Shown here one piece after another: positions 1 through 10,228 of a stretch of 64,000 nucleotides of DNA. The notes under the pieces are model-generated. The model was not told where the DNA came from and did no database searches. It saw only the letters and a program-made list of their open reading frames with translations. Within the stretch, counting starts at the first letter, position 1, and every line of letters starts with the position of its first letter. A program made the translations under genes and the position numbers. This DNA is from an uncultured delta proteobacterium (GTDB taxonomy: Bacteria; Myxococcota_A; Polyangia; Fen-1088), in contig CAVTRY010000015.1 in the NCBI GenBank assembly GCA_963737265.1, positions 1-64,000 on the forward strand. Reading direction: 5' to 3'.

Positions 1-559
1 TGTTTCGGCGCAAAACTGGCTGCGGCCGCCCGACGAGGTGGCCATGCTGATGCAACTTCTGCGCGACTACGTCATCGACGAGCGCGCGGAGATCATGGAC
101 AACGACATTCGCCTCATCACCATCGGCAATGTCGACAGGCTGCCTGATTTCGTCCGCGACCCTCTCGAGTCGCTCAAACGGGATTCGGCCAATAATCGCG
201 AAATGACCCTTTGCCTGGCGCTGTCGTACGGTGGCCGCGAGTCGATTTTGGCGACCACGCGCTCGCTGTGCGACATGGTGAAAGCCGGCGTCCTTAATCC
301 CAAGGACATCGACGAAGAACGCTTCCAGGCCGCGATGCAGACCCACGGACTGCCGCAACTCGATCTGATGATTCGCACCTCCGGCGAAGAGCGGCTGTCC
401 AATTTCCTCTTGTGGGAATCCGCCTATGCTGAGCTCTATTTCACCGAGACCTTCTGGCCCGACTTCGGTCGGTCCGAGTTCCTGCGCGCCATCGACTCGT
501 TTCGCGGGCGCGAGCGTCGCTTCGGTCGAACCCGCGAGCAGCTGCGCCGGCTCGGCTAG
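1..559 (+). CDS. uppS: Undecaprenyl diphosphate synthase / isoprenyl transferase (5' end outside window)
   Basis: Motifs FxxxNWxRPxxEV, ALSYGGR, DLMIRTSGEERLSNFLLW and RRFG; directly upstream of cdsA, the canonical synteny. Confidence 0.95.
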   Translation, partial: VSAQNWLRPPDEVAMLMQLLRDYVIDERAEIMDNDIRLITIGNVDRLPDFVRDPLESLKRDSANNREMTLCLALSYGGRESILATTRSLCDMVKAGVLNPKDIDEERFQAAMQTHGLPQLDLMIRTSGEERLSNFLLWESAYAELYFTETFWPDFGRSEFLRAIDSFRGRERRFGRTREQLRRLG

Positions 560-565
560 GCAAGC

Positions 566-1387
566 GTGGTGTCCGCGGTGAATCCGCAGCGCGAGAACCT
601 GCTCGCCAGGGTGGCTAGCGCGGTCGTCGGCCTGCCGGTTTTGGGCATCGTCGTGTTCTGGCGCGACCCACGTGGATTTGCCGGGCTCTGTTTCATCGTC
701 GCCGTGCTGTCCCTGCTTGAATACACGGCGCTCACCATGCGCGGCCGGCCGTTGGCCGAACGCCTGAGCATCGTGCTCGTCGGGTGCGGGCTGTTTCTCG
801 GCCTCGTGCTGCAACCGGCGCTGGCCCTTGTTTGGATGTTGTCCGGCGTGATGGCGGTCGGCTTGCTGATTTTGCCGCGAGCCGCGGAGCCAGCGACGGC
901 CTGGACGCGGCTGGCGTCGTCCGGTTTTGGCGTGTTCTACGTGGGGGGCCTGCTGGCTGCTCTGCCAATCTTGCACGACCGGTTCGGCCCGGCTTGGGTC
1001 GCGCTCGCCATCGCGGTCACCTTCGGCAACGACACTGGCGCCTATTTTGCTGGGCGTGCCTTTGGCAAACGCAAGCTGGCGCCCGCTATTTCGCCCGGAA
1101 AAACGGTCGAGGGCGCCGTCGGCGGGCTGGCGGCGAATCTCGCCGTCGCTTTCGCCGCGCGAGGTCTCTTCATGCCTGCGCTGACCGTGCGGGATTGCGT
1201 GATGATCGCCGTTCCATCGGCCGTCGTCGGCCCGGCCGGGGATCTGGTGGAATCGTTGCTCAAACGCTCGGTCGGTGCCAAGGATTCCGGACGACTGATT
1301 CCCGGCCACGGCGGTCTCTTGGACAGGATCGATGCTCTTCTTTTCGTAGGCGCGTATGTTTGTCTCTACGCCACACAGATCCGCTGA
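566..1387 (+). CDS. cdsA: Phosphatidate cytidylyltransferase
   Basis: Multi-TM protein with DTGAYFAG, ISPGKTVEG and GDLVESLLKRSVGAKDSGRLIPGHGGLLDRID signatures. Confidence 0.95.
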   Translation: MVSAVNPQRENLLARVASAVVGLPVLGIVVFWRDPRGFAGLCFIVAVLSLLEYTALTMRGRPLAERLSIVLVGCGLFLGLVLQPALALVWMLSGVMAVGLLILPRAAEPATAWTRLASSGFGVFYVGGLLAALPILHDRFGPAWVALAIAVTFGNDTGAYFAGRAFGKRKLAPAISPGKTVEGAVGGLAANLAVAFAARGLFMPALTVRDCVMIAVPSAVVGPAGDLVESLLKRSVGAKDSGRLIPGHGGLLDRIDALLFVGAYVCLYATQIR

Positions 1388-1774
1388 CATGAGTGCGACC
1401 AACTCGCCCAAAACTGCACAGCCCCCGTGGAAATCGTCCACGAGGGCTGCGGGGCCACTAAGGCGATGCTGGTTAAGTCTGGCTATCTATGTTAATCGAT
1501 TGTCTTTGACATTCGCGAGAAGAGGCACACCGGGTAGAGCCGGTGCGTGGGAGGAGGAGCAGCAATCGGAGTTAAGAATTACGATCGCTGCTCGCCGACT
1601 CACCCAGCAAGTCCCATGCCGGATTCTTCCGAACCCATCCCTTGTGAGATATCCTATCGATATTTTGGGGATTCCATGAAAATCCCAAAAACCCAACCGT
1701 GGCCCGCCAGGCTGCATCCCACGACATTGTCGTCAGGGATCTTCACGCCGGGCCGCAGAAATCTGCAGGGCTAG

Positions 1775-3598
1775 ATGTCCAACACGTTGTTGCTCATCAA
1801 CGCGGACGGCCCCGAAACACGCGTTGCGCTAGTGGAAGGCGGCCTTTTAGGCGAGCTTTACATCGAGCGGAAACAAGAACGGGGTATTGCCGGAAACATC
1901 TACAAGGGGCGCGTCGATCGCGTGCTGCCTGGGATGCAAGCGGCCTTCGTAAACATCGGGCTCGAGAAGTCGGCCTATCTCCACGTCTCTGACGTGCGCG
2001 GTACACCCGACGATCTCAAGCGCCTGGTCGCCGCCGGGGACAGCTCGCGGCGCGACAGCGACGACGACGACGAGCCCGAGCCACCGTCGGGGGGCGCGCG
2101 CATCGAGGATCTGCTCAAGGAAGGGCAAGAGATCGTCGTGCAGGTGACCAAGGAGCCCATCAGCACCAAGGGCGCGCGCGTCACCCGCTACATTTCACTG
2201 CCCGGGCGCCACCTGGTTTTCATGCCTACCGTCGAGCACGTCGGCATTTCGCGCCGGATCTCGTCCGACAAGGAGCGCCGACGCCTGCGCGAGATCATCG
2301 ACCAGATGCGTCCGCCGGGAACCGGCTTCATCGTGCGCACGGTGGCCGAGAACGTGCCTGACAAAGACCTCAAGGCCGACATGGATTTCCTCGTCAAGCT
2401 GTGGAACAACGTCGTCCAGCGCACCGAAACCGGACGTTGTCCGTCCCTGATTTACAACGACCTCGATCTGTTGCTGCGCACCGTGCGCGACATGTTCACG
2501 CCCGATGTGGACAAGCTCATCATCGACTCGCGCTCCGAATACGACCGCATCAAGAAGTTCATCGCCGCCTTCATGCCCGACTTCGCCGGCCAGATCGAGC
2601 TTTACACCAGCCCCGAGCCCATCTTCGACGGCTACGGCATCGAGATCGAAATCGACCGCGCGCTCGAACGCAAGGTGTGGCTCAAGTCGGGCGGCTATCT
2701 CATCGTCGACGAGATGGAGGCGCTGACCGCGATTGACGTCAATACCGGGCGTTTCGTCGGCAAGCGCAACCTGGAAGACACCATCACCCAGACCAACCTC
2801 GAAGCCGCGCGCGAGGTCGCGGAGCAACTGCGCATCCGCTCCATCGGCGGCATGATCGTGGTCGATTTCATCGACATGGATCGGTCGTCCAATCGCGATA
2901 AGGTGACCCGCTCGTTCAACGACTTTCTTCGCAAGGATCGCTCCAAGGCGGCGGTCACGCGAATTTCCGAGCTGGGCCTGGTCGAGATGACGCGCAAACG
3001 GACGCGCGAGTCGTTGCTACATCACCTCACCGAGCCGTGCCAACACTGCGAGGGCAAGGGCTACACCAAATCGCGGCGCACGGTTTCGTACGAGCTTCTG
3101 CGCGAGTTGCGCCGGCAGGGCAACCTCATCGAAGGCGATACCGTGATGACCGAGGTTCATCCCGACGTGGCCCAGGTGCTCGCCGGACCCGACCACGTCT
3201 ATCTGGAAGAGATCGAAAAGCGCCTGCAAAAGCGCGTGATCGTGAAGGCGCGTGCGACCTTCGCGGTGGAGGATTTCGAGATCCGTTCGCCGGGTCAGAA
3301 AGCCCTCGAGCGCAGCGAGCCCGGCCGCGACGATCGGCTCGAATCGCGCCGTCAGCGCCGGCGCAAGAAGATTGGTCCGCCCGCCGAGGTGCAGGCGATG
3401 CTCGACGAGGAAGAGCAAAATAGTCTGACCATGGAGGGGGGCAGCGTGGGCGACGTGGAGGAGCGTCCGACGACGAATGGCGCGCGCGAAGGCGCCGCGG
3501 CTAGCGCGGCCCCGACAACGCCACCACCCAGCGCAGCTGCAGCTTCGCAGTCGCCACCGGAGCCGAGCCAACCCGACTTGCCCAAGAGCGAATCCTAG
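1775..3598 (+). CDS. rng: Ribonuclease E/G family endoribonuclease
   Basis: GNIYKGRV..VLPGMQAAFV S1 region, AIDVNTG, GGMIVVDFIDM, Zn-link CQHCEGKG; short disordered C-tail with an Arg-rich patch. Confidence 0.93.
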   Translation: MSNTLLLINADGPETRVALVEGGLLGELYIERKQERGIAGNIYKGRVDRVLPGMQAAFVNIGLEKSAYLHVSDVRGTPDDLKRLVAAGDSSRRDSDDDDEPEPPSGGARIEDLLKEGQEIVVQVTKEPISTKGARVTRYISLPGRHLVFMPTVEHVGISRRISSDKERRRLREIIDQMRPPGTGFIVRTVAENVPDKDLKADMDFLVKLWNNVVQRTETGRCPSLIYNDLDLLLRTVRDMFTPDVDKLIIDSRSEYDRIKKFIAAFMPDFAGQIELYTSPEPIFDGYGIEIEIDRALERKVWLKSGGYLIVDEMEALTAIDVNTGRFVGKRNLEDTITQTNLEAAREVAEQLRIRSIGGMIVVDFIDMDRSSNRDKVTRSFNDFLRKDRSKAAVTRISELGLVEMTRKRTRESLLHHLTEPCQHCEGKGYTKSRRTVSYELLRELRRQGNLIEGDTVMTEVHPDVAQVLAGPDHVYLEEIEKRLQKRVIVKARATFAVEDFEIRSPGQKALERSEPGRDDRLESRRQRRRKKIGPPAEVQAMLDEEEQNSLTMEGGSVGDVEERPTTNGAREGAAASAAPTTPPPSAAAASQSPPEPSQPDLPKSES

Positions 3599-3738
3599 CC
3601 AAGCGGCGACCACGTCGCGGGGCGACTCCCGCATCCAGCGCGGGCTACAGAACGTCAGCCTCCGTGCCGATAACAGGCCCGAGGTGACGAGTTGTCGACC
3701 CGGAGCAAGGTGCTGGAAACTCGCGGCATGCGGTCGCG

Positions 3739-4993
3739 GTGGAGGCTGTCGTGAGGCTGGGTGAAATCCTTGTCAAGCACGGGTTGATTAGCGAATCCCA
3801 GCTTTACTCGGCTCTGGCTCGGAGGGAAGCGGACGGCAAGCGCATCGGTAGCTACTTGGTGGAAAAAGGAATCCTCAGCACCAATCAAGTCGCGCTTGCG
3901 CTGGCCGAGCAAGTGGGCGTTCCGCCCGCGCTCGAACGCGGATTTCGCGCGATCCGAACCGTCGGTGCGGCGTCGCCTTGGCGCGCGACAGGCAGCTGAG
4001 TTTCGTGCCATTCCGCTCTTCGTCACCGGTCCCCGGCGGGTCGCCGTGGCCATGGCGAATCCCACGAATCCAGCAACGCTGGACAAGCTGGCGTTCATTC
4101 TCGGCGCAACCGTCGATCCCATGATCGCGACCGACCTGGCCATCGCGAAGCATATCGAATGCCTGTACCAAGTGCCGCGGGCGGCATGTGCCGATACCAG
4201 GCTGTCGACGGGCGCGCCGCACGCGCCACAAGAGCCGGCGCGCAAACAGCCACCGCCGAAGGAGTCCGAAATCCGACTCGCGCTGCGAGCACATCGGCGG
4301 CCACTCAAGGGCCTGCGCCTCGTTCCACTTCTACCGGGCGCAGCCACGCCAGCCATACCAGAGCCGGGTGCGCCGATTGCCGCGATGGAAGACGCCTTGT
4401 GCTTTACGCCCACGCCCCTCACATTCATTCCGCCGGCGACCGCGCTGACACCGCCCACGCCAACGCGGGTGGCGGCACGCCATCCCCTGACGCCCATCGT
4501 GGTGCCCATGACCCACGCGGGCACGGAACTGGCCGTCGAGCAAATACGTTTCGCGACCGACCAGCAAGGTGTATCGGACAACCTCTTCACCTTCATGCGG
4601 GCATGTTTCGCTGTGGGAGCGATGTTTTCGGTGGACGGGGCCGTCGCCCAGGGGCGGTTCGGCTTTTCCGACGGAGCGGTTCGTCCAGAGGTTGAAGGCA
4701 TCACCATTTCGTTGTCCCTGCCGTCTTGCTTTCGTATCGCCCGCAGCCGGCGCGCGACGTTCCGTGGAACCCCGCCGCCCGACGGTTTGGCCGTTCACCG
4801 CGCCTTGTGGGCAGCGCTGCGCTGCCAGCCAGCCAGGGATGCCTTGGTATCTCCGGTCATCGTGGACGGACATGTCACGCTGTTGCTCTACGCTCAAGGT
4901 GAAGGTGCTGAACCCATCGACAACTTGGCCGCGGGCCGCATGGAACGGATCTGCGACGCCCTCAGCAGCTCGCTGCCGCGCCTCGCGGTGTAG
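3739..4993 (+). CDS. MshEN / GspE N-terminal domain protein with Pro-rich linker and GAF-like C-terminus (frameshift near 3935, probably sequencing error)
   Basis: ORF 3739..3999 carries tandem MshEN motifs RLGEILVKHGLISESQL and RIGSYLVEKGILS; ORF 3896..4993 continues with AIPL...VAMANP (T2SSE_N). Confidence 0.75.
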
Positions 4994-5021
4994 GATCGAG
5001 CTGGCGGATTCGCCAGCCGTG

Positions 5022-6143
5022 CTATCCAGCCATGGTCACGCCGATGAGCTTGCCGATGGCAAAGGTCACGCTGGCGGCCAGCAAGCCAAGCAGCAACTGT
5101 CGGCCGGCGGAAAACAGCACCGAGCGGCCGGTGAACACGGCGATGGCGGTGCCGATGAGGGCGAGTCCTGCGCCGCCCGCAGCGATGCTGGCCGCGATCG
5201 CGGTCGAATTTTTCAGGAACATGAAGGGCAGAAGCGGAATCAGGGCGCCGAGCGCAAACAGCAGCATCGAGGTGCCGGCCGCGACCCAGGGCGAGCCGCC
5301 GCGTTCGGCCGGGTCGAGACCAAGCTCCTCGCGCGCGAGAAAGTCGATGGCACTCTGGGGATCGCTCAGCAGTTTGGTGGACAGATTGGAGGCTTCGTCC
5401 GAGCTTAGACCCTTGGCCTCGTAGATGAGCTGGAGCTCTTGGCGTTCTTCTTCGGGATTGGCTTCGAGCTCGTCGCGCTCGGTTTGAATTTCGCGCTCGG
5501 CGAGCTCGCGCGAGCTGGTCACCGAGATCCACTCGCCCATGGCCATGGAACAGGCGCCCGCGAGCAGGCCGGCTGCGCCGGTGAGCAGAATCGTGTGGGT
5601 GTCCAGGCTGGCGCCGGCCACGCCCATGACCAGGCTGAGGTTCGACGACAGGCCGTCGTTGGATCCCAGCACGGCCGCGCGCAAGGCATTGCCCCCCAAA
5701 CGCCGGTGGCCTTTTTCCGTGCGCACGAAGCTGGCGGCGCCCAAGCCGGTTTTGGCCAGGATGGCACGCAGCACGCGCGCGTGGGCGTGCTCCTCGGTGG
5801 TCATGCTGGTCGCCGCGGTTTCCTGCTGTGGAACGTAGTCGTTGCGGTTCTCGTATTCCTCCGAGGCGACGGTCTCGAGCACCGATTTCGCGCCCCAGCG
5901 ACGGACGCAGAAGATGAGCACGCGCGCACGCCAACTTGGTTTGCGCGGCCCCGGCTGGTGGCCGGCCGCGCGCATACGGGTTTCCCAAAACTCGGCGTGC
6001 TTCTTCTCGATCGAGGCGAGGTTCTCGTAGACCCGCGCAGTGCCCACGTCGGGTTCGTGCGCCGCCATGGCCAGATATTGTTCGGTGCTGTCCACTTCCG
6101 CCTGCCAGTTGGCGAGGTAGCGACGAATATCAGGGGAGATCAT
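5022..6143 (-). CDS. Rubrerythrin-like + VIT1/CCC1 iron transporter (MbfA-like)
   Basis: N-terminal ExxH pairs (EKKH, EHAH); VIT1 motifs LRAAVLGSNDGLSSN, AGACSMAMGEWIS and REELG. Confidence 0.88.
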   Translation of the reverse strand: MISPDIRRYLANWQAEVDSTEQYLAMAAHEPDVGTARVYENLASIEKKHAEFWETRMRAAGHQPGPRKPSWRARVLIFCVRRWGAKSVLETVASEEYENRNDYVPQQETAATSMTTEEHAHARVLRAILAKTGLGAASFVRTEKGHRRLGGNALRAAVLGSNDGLSSNLSLVMGVAGASLDTHTILLTGAAGLLAGACSMAMGEWISVTSSRELAEREIQTERDELEANPEEERQELQLIYEAKGLSSDEASNLSTKLLSDPQSAIDFLAREELGLDPAERGGSPWVAAGTSMLLFALGALIPLLPFMFLKNSTAIAASIAAGGAGLALIGTAIAVFTGRSVLFSAGRQLLLGLLAASVTFAIGKLIGVTMAG

Positions 6144-7462
6144 GGCTTGGCTCTTTCATTTCCTGCATGCGTTGTCGTCGGGGATTCGTTGAGCTCGAAC
6201 AAACCTTCGATGGCGCTGACCAACAGATCGGTGTGCCAGTCGCCGAAGTCTTCGTCTTTCGCCCAATCGCGCATGCGCAGGGTGGGCGCGTGCAGCAGCT
6301 TGTCGACGGCGGCTGCGAGCGCGCGCCGCAAGACTTCTTTCTGTGCCTCTTCCAGGGTCAGCCGCTGTCCTCGCAAACTGCGATCGAGCTCGGCCTCGAG
6401 CACGGCATGGAAGCGCTCGCGCAGGGCCACCAGCGTGGGCGTAATTCGCTCGGCGTGCGCTCGGCGCACGTAGTGTTCGGTCTCTTCGTCGACGATGGCG
6501 GCCGCCCGTCCGGCCTCGCGTTGTCGATCCGTGAGGGCGGCGTCCGCCACGTGCGACAGATCGTCCACGTTGTAGAGGAACACGCCGTCGAGGTCGCCGA
6601 TGCGTGGATCCACGTCGCGTGGCACGGCAAGATCGACGAGGAAGAGATTCCGTCCGTGGCGCTGCCGGCGCGCTTGGGCGAGGTGCTCGAGCGTGATGAC
6701 GTGTCCGCGCGCGCTGGTGCTGCTAATCACGATGTCGGCGTCGACGAGCAGGGTCGGCAGGTCGTCCCAGTTGCGGGGCAGGGCGCCCAGCTTCTGTGCG
6801 AGCTCGCGCGTCTTTTCGGCGTTTCGCCCGACCACCGAGACATGGGCGCCAGAGCGTCCGAGCAAGGTGGCGACCAGAGTTGCCATTTCGCCCGTGCCCA
6901 CCAGCACCACCTTGTGTCCGGCGAGCTCGCTGAAAATCTCGCGCGCGAGATCCACGGCCACGGTGGGAATGCTTACCTGTCCGGCGCCGAGAGCGGTCTC
7001 GGTTCGCACGCGTTTGGCCACCCGGAAGGCGTGCTCGAAGGCGCGATTCAGCCACGGCCCCACCGCGTTCGCGGCACGCGCGCTGGCAAAAGCGTTCTTG
7101 AGCTGTCCCAAAATCTGTGGCTCGCCCACCACCAGTGAATCGAGCGAGCCGGCCACGCGAAACAGGTGTTCGATGCCGGCGCGATCTTCGCGCACGTAAA
7201 GGTAGGGGCAAACCTCCGGCGCGCCAACCGTAAGCTCGTCGACGATGCGCAGCCCGAGCGCGCCTGGGGAGTCGGCAAGTCCAGGTTGCGGTGCCGCCAT
7301 CACTTCCACGCGATTGCAGGTGCACAGCAGAACCATCTCGCCGGCACGGGTACGCTGTTTCAGCTCACCCAGGCGGGACACCAAGTCGGCGGGTGCAACG
7401 GCCAAGCGCTCGCGCACTTCCACCGGGGCGCTCCGATGCGACAGTCCAACGACGACGATCAC
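6140..7462 (-). CDS. hemA: Glutamyl-tRNA reductase
   Basis: GTG start at 7462, VGLSHRSAPVEVRE, TCNRVE catalytic Cys, SLDSLVVGEPQILGQ, DLAVPRDV. Confidence 0.95.
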   Translation of the reverse strand: MIVVVGLSHRSAPVEVRERLAVAPADLVSRLGELKQRTRAGEMVLLCTCNRVEVMAAPQPGLADSPGALGLRIVDELTVGAPEVCPYLYVREDRAGIEHLFRVAGSLDSLVVGEPQILGQLKNAFASARAANAVGPWLNRAFEHAFRVAKRVRTETALGAGQVSIPTVAVDLAREIFSELAGHKVVLVGTGEMATLVATLLGRSGAHVSVVGRNAEKTRELAQKLGALPRNWDDLPTLLVDADIVISSTSARGHVITLEHLAQARRQRHGRNLFLVDLAVPRDVDPRIGDLDGVFLYNVDDLSHVADAALTDRQREAGRAAAIVDEETEHYVRRAHAERITPTLVALRERFHAVLEAELDRSLRGQRLTLEEAQKEVLRRALAAAVDKLLHAPTLRMRDWAKDEDFGDWHTDLLVSAIEGLFELNESPTTTHAGNERAKP

Positions 7463-8284
7463 AGCCCCTCTCCCAGCAGCGCCCGCGCGACGTAAAGCCC
7501 AATGACGGCGAAGATGCCCGCCACTCCCACGAGCGTCGCATAGGCGGGTTTTCGCCCGCGCCAGCTGGCAAACTGGCGCAACGCCAACACCGCGAGCAGG
7601 AGCACCCAGCTTGTCCCGGCGAGGCCAGCTCGAGCTTTTTCCCCCACAGTGACGATGTCCACGTGCTTGATCACGATGCGTCCCGTTAGCATCCCGACGG
7701 TGAGCAGCGGCAGCCCGATCCAAAGCAGCCGGTGCACCACGGCGTCGAGGGCCTCGAGGGGAGGGCAGCTTGGGGCCGTGCTTTAACAGCTTTCGCGCTT
7801 TCAAGCGGTGCTCGTTCCACAAATAGAAAGCACTCGCGCACCCGGCCACGAGCAAAATGCCACCTCCCAGCAGGTTCGAGGTGATGTGAATAGCCATCAG
7901 CCAGCGGTCGTTCGGCCCCGGGACCTGCGCCGCTATCAGGCGTGCGGCCACCATGAAGATACCCGCCGTGGCCGCGACGAATCCCCCGATGGCCTCCAGA
8001 TGTCGGCCCCGGCTGAGGACCACGTAGGTCACCACGCCAACCAGAGAAACGAATCCCAACGCCGAGTGGAGCGAGAAAACAGGACAGCGGCGGTCCACAA
8101 GCGCGTAGAGAATCAGGTAGCTGAGATGAAGAAGAGCGCCGATTTTCAGCAGTCGCGGCGCCCATCTTGGCCCAAGCCTGGAATGCGTCGTGGCGCGCTG
8201 CCGGGACTGCGCCACGAAAAGAAGACATGCCGCCACGTAGGCTGCGGCACTCAGGAAGAAGGACGCCCAGAGGAGTTCGCTCAT
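7459..8284 (-). CDS. ccsA: Cytochrome c assembly (CcsA/HemX-like) membrane protein; frameshift in a C-run near 7760
   Basis: Multi-TM with WLMAIHI and KLPSLEALD...GLPLLTVG...GWRGRK after removing one base; lies directly upstream of hemA as in deltaproteobacteria. Confidence 0.8.
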
Positions 8285-8463
8285 TGCGTTTGGGCACGAA
8301 CCTTACCACCAAGTCATGCGGCCACGAGGCCGGGTCGCAGTTTCCTCGCATGGAAGGAACGGCGCCGTCGGTTCCCGGGGACGGGCGGCGCCGAGCCTAC
8401 CTGCCATCGAACCGCATCCGAGGGACCTCATCCCATGGCGCGCGCTTCGCCGGCTGCCGTGAG

Positions 8464-8490
8464 GGTGACGGATCGGTCACGCACCTTTCA
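8464..8490 (-). promoter_or_regulatory. ECF sigma-like promoter motif, copy 2 (TGAAAGGT-N9-ATCCGTCACC)
   Basis: Identical 8 nt and 10 nt boxes with the same spacing as the copy at 9415..9441; CGTC resembles an ECF -10 box. Confidence 0.5.
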
Positions 8491-9366
8491 GGGGCACTTT
8501 GCGAGAGCGCGCGCGGCGCGCTGGCCAAGAACATCAGTGGCGGTGTTGAGCATCACGGCAGAGAGATCCACGTGCGCCTCTCGACAGCGGCCAGCCTGCG
8601 CGCGCAGTTCACCGCGTAGGGTGTGCAGCTCGCGTGAACGCGGCAGGCTCGCCAGGCTCAGGGAATCGAGCACCACCAGGGCCTCAGCGCGGCGCCCGAT
8701 GGCGAGCAGAATCTCGGCCCGCGCCACCCTGGCCTCAACAGATAGGGCGCCGTCCCTGAAGCTGCGCTCATGCGCACTGAGCAGGGTCAACGCGGCCTCG
8801 GCGTTGCCGTCGCGACGCCAGCGCGCCAGTGCGTCCGACAAGGATCGCGCCTCCGCGGATACCGGAGCCTCGGTCGCGGCGCCCTCGGACAATTGCGGAG
8901 CCGGCGGCAGGACCGGTTCCTGGCGAAGCCATCGCCGCGCGACGACCGTCCCGCGCGTCTTGAGAACAGGCGCGAGTTCCGGAGATGGCGCGGATTGCGC
9001 CGCGACCGGCGTTGGATTGGCCGCTCGCACGGCGCTCGCGGTTGGAAGCGCCGTCTTCGGTCGCGCGGGCGATGGCGAAGGTTTTCGATCGATGAAGGGC
9101 AGCCGTGGGCGCCACCCATCAACCAACGCAATCGCGCTGCCCGCGGCGAGCAACACGGCAATGGCGGCGAGCGCTGGCATGAGACGAACACCCCGTCGGA
9201 CGGATTCTCGATGCACGAGGCGCCGCTCGATCGCACCCACGACCGCATCGCTCAACCCTGTTGTGTGGCGAGCCTCGCCCAGGAACGCCCCGGCTCGCAC
9301 CTCGAGCGCGGCCGGGCGTTCGTCGCCCTTGCCGAGTCGTTGCATGGTTTTCCGTTCAGGCGTCAT
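8488..9366 (-). CDS. Membrane-anchored TPR protein, anti-sigma-factor-like
   Basis: Short N-terminal domain, one TM helix, Pro/Ala linker, C-terminal AEARSLSDAL...EARVARAEILL TPR-like helices typical of myxobacterial ECF modules. Confidence 0.55.
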   Translation of the reverse strand: MTPERKTMQRLGKGDERPAALEVRAGAFLGEARHTTGLSDAVVGAIERRLVHRESVRRGVRLMPALAAIAVLLAAGSAIALVDGWRPRLPFIDRKPSPSPARPKTALPTASAVRAANPTPVAAQSAPSPELAPVLKTRGTVVARRWLRQEPVLPPAPQLSEGAATEAPVSAEARSLSDALARWRRDGNAEAALTLLSAHERSFRDGALSVEARVARAEILLAIGRRAEALVVLDSLSLASLPRSRELHTLRGELRAQAGRCREAHVDLSAVMLNTATDVLGQRAARALAKCP

Positions 9367-9414
9367 CGCCGTACCTCTGGTTAGCGGACCGGTTGTCGCA
9401 GCAGTCAACCGTCT

Positions 9415-9441
9415 GGTGACGGATTGGACCCAGACCTTTCA
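9415..9441 (-). promoter_or_regulatory. ECF sigma-like promoter motif, copy 1 (TGAAAGGT-N9-ATCCGTCACC)
   Basis: Repeated at 8464..8490; sits upstream of the anti-sigma-like gene. Confidence 0.5.
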
Positions 9442-10131
9442 CTACGGCGACCAAAGGAGTCCGAGACCGAACCCAGCGTCCCAGGGCGGCAGTTCGGCAG
9501 TGGCCGAGGCATCGTCGAGCCGCAACTCGTGCCTGCCTAACCAGTAACCGCCAGTCACGATGAAAAATGGCGAGAATCGCTCTCCTGCCAAGACCAGGCG
9601 CAGGTTCATCGCTATGCCAGACATGAGCCGCATATCGAGATGGGTCACCGGCATGTCCTTGCCGCGCACGATAGCCACGCCAAGTCGAACCGAAGCGCCG
9701 ATCTCCGCTTGCAGGCGCGTACCTGGGAGTCGCAGCGCTGGCCCGAGATCGAGAGCGGGGCGCGTGTAGCCGGCGAGCCCAGGCCCGATGCTTCGATCGC
9801 GCTCGTTCGTCGACGTCAACCCGATGCACGCGCGCCAAGGGCCGACCAGCCGGCGCCTTGCCTCGATCGCAACGCCCCATGCGGCCTCGCCGCCGTCGTA
9901 GGCACCGGCGACCGCCAGCCCGATTTCGCTTCTTCGCTCCGGTGACGTCGGGGTGGGCACAGGCTTGGGCGGAGGAGCGGTTGACGGTGGTGCTGGCGCT
10001 GGCCGTGACGGTGCTCTCTCCGGTTTCGGGCCTTCTGGCCAGATGCCCATCCACGTGGCCACCAGCACCGCTGCCACCGTGGCCCGCGCGTGACAGCGGT
10101 GGAATCGTCTGGTGGAGCCAGTTCCACCCAC
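9442..10131 (-). CDS. Hypothetical protein, Pro-rich linker plus beta-barrel-like C-terminus (probably N-terminally truncated)
   Basis: Alternating hydrophobic strands ending GFGLGLLWSP; start uncertain. Confidence 0.5.
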   Translation of the reverse strand: MGGTGSTRRFHRCHARATVAAVLVATWMGIWPEGPKPERAPSRPAPAPPSTAPPPKPVPTPTSPERRSEIGLAVAGAYDGGEAAWGVAIEARRRLVGPWRACIGLTSTNERDRSIGPGLAGYTRPALDLGPALRLPGTRLQAEIGASVRLGVAIVRGKDMPVTHLDMRLMSGIAMNLRLVLAGERFSPFFIVTGGYWLGRHELRLDDASATAELPPWDAGFGLGLLWSP

Positions 10132-10228
10132 GTCGTGGATGGTTCAACTTCGAGATTGGAGCGGCCGGTATTTCCAGCTGGTATGAATGAGCCGCGCCGG
10201 CGGGGTCTGGGGACAGGCAGCGCCGGGC

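Noticed and set aside
6140-8284. Apparent 714 aa CcsA-HemA fusion
   Set aside because: Produced by a one-base indel near 7760; the true ccsA C-terminus is ORF 7459..7740 and hemA has its own GTG at 7462
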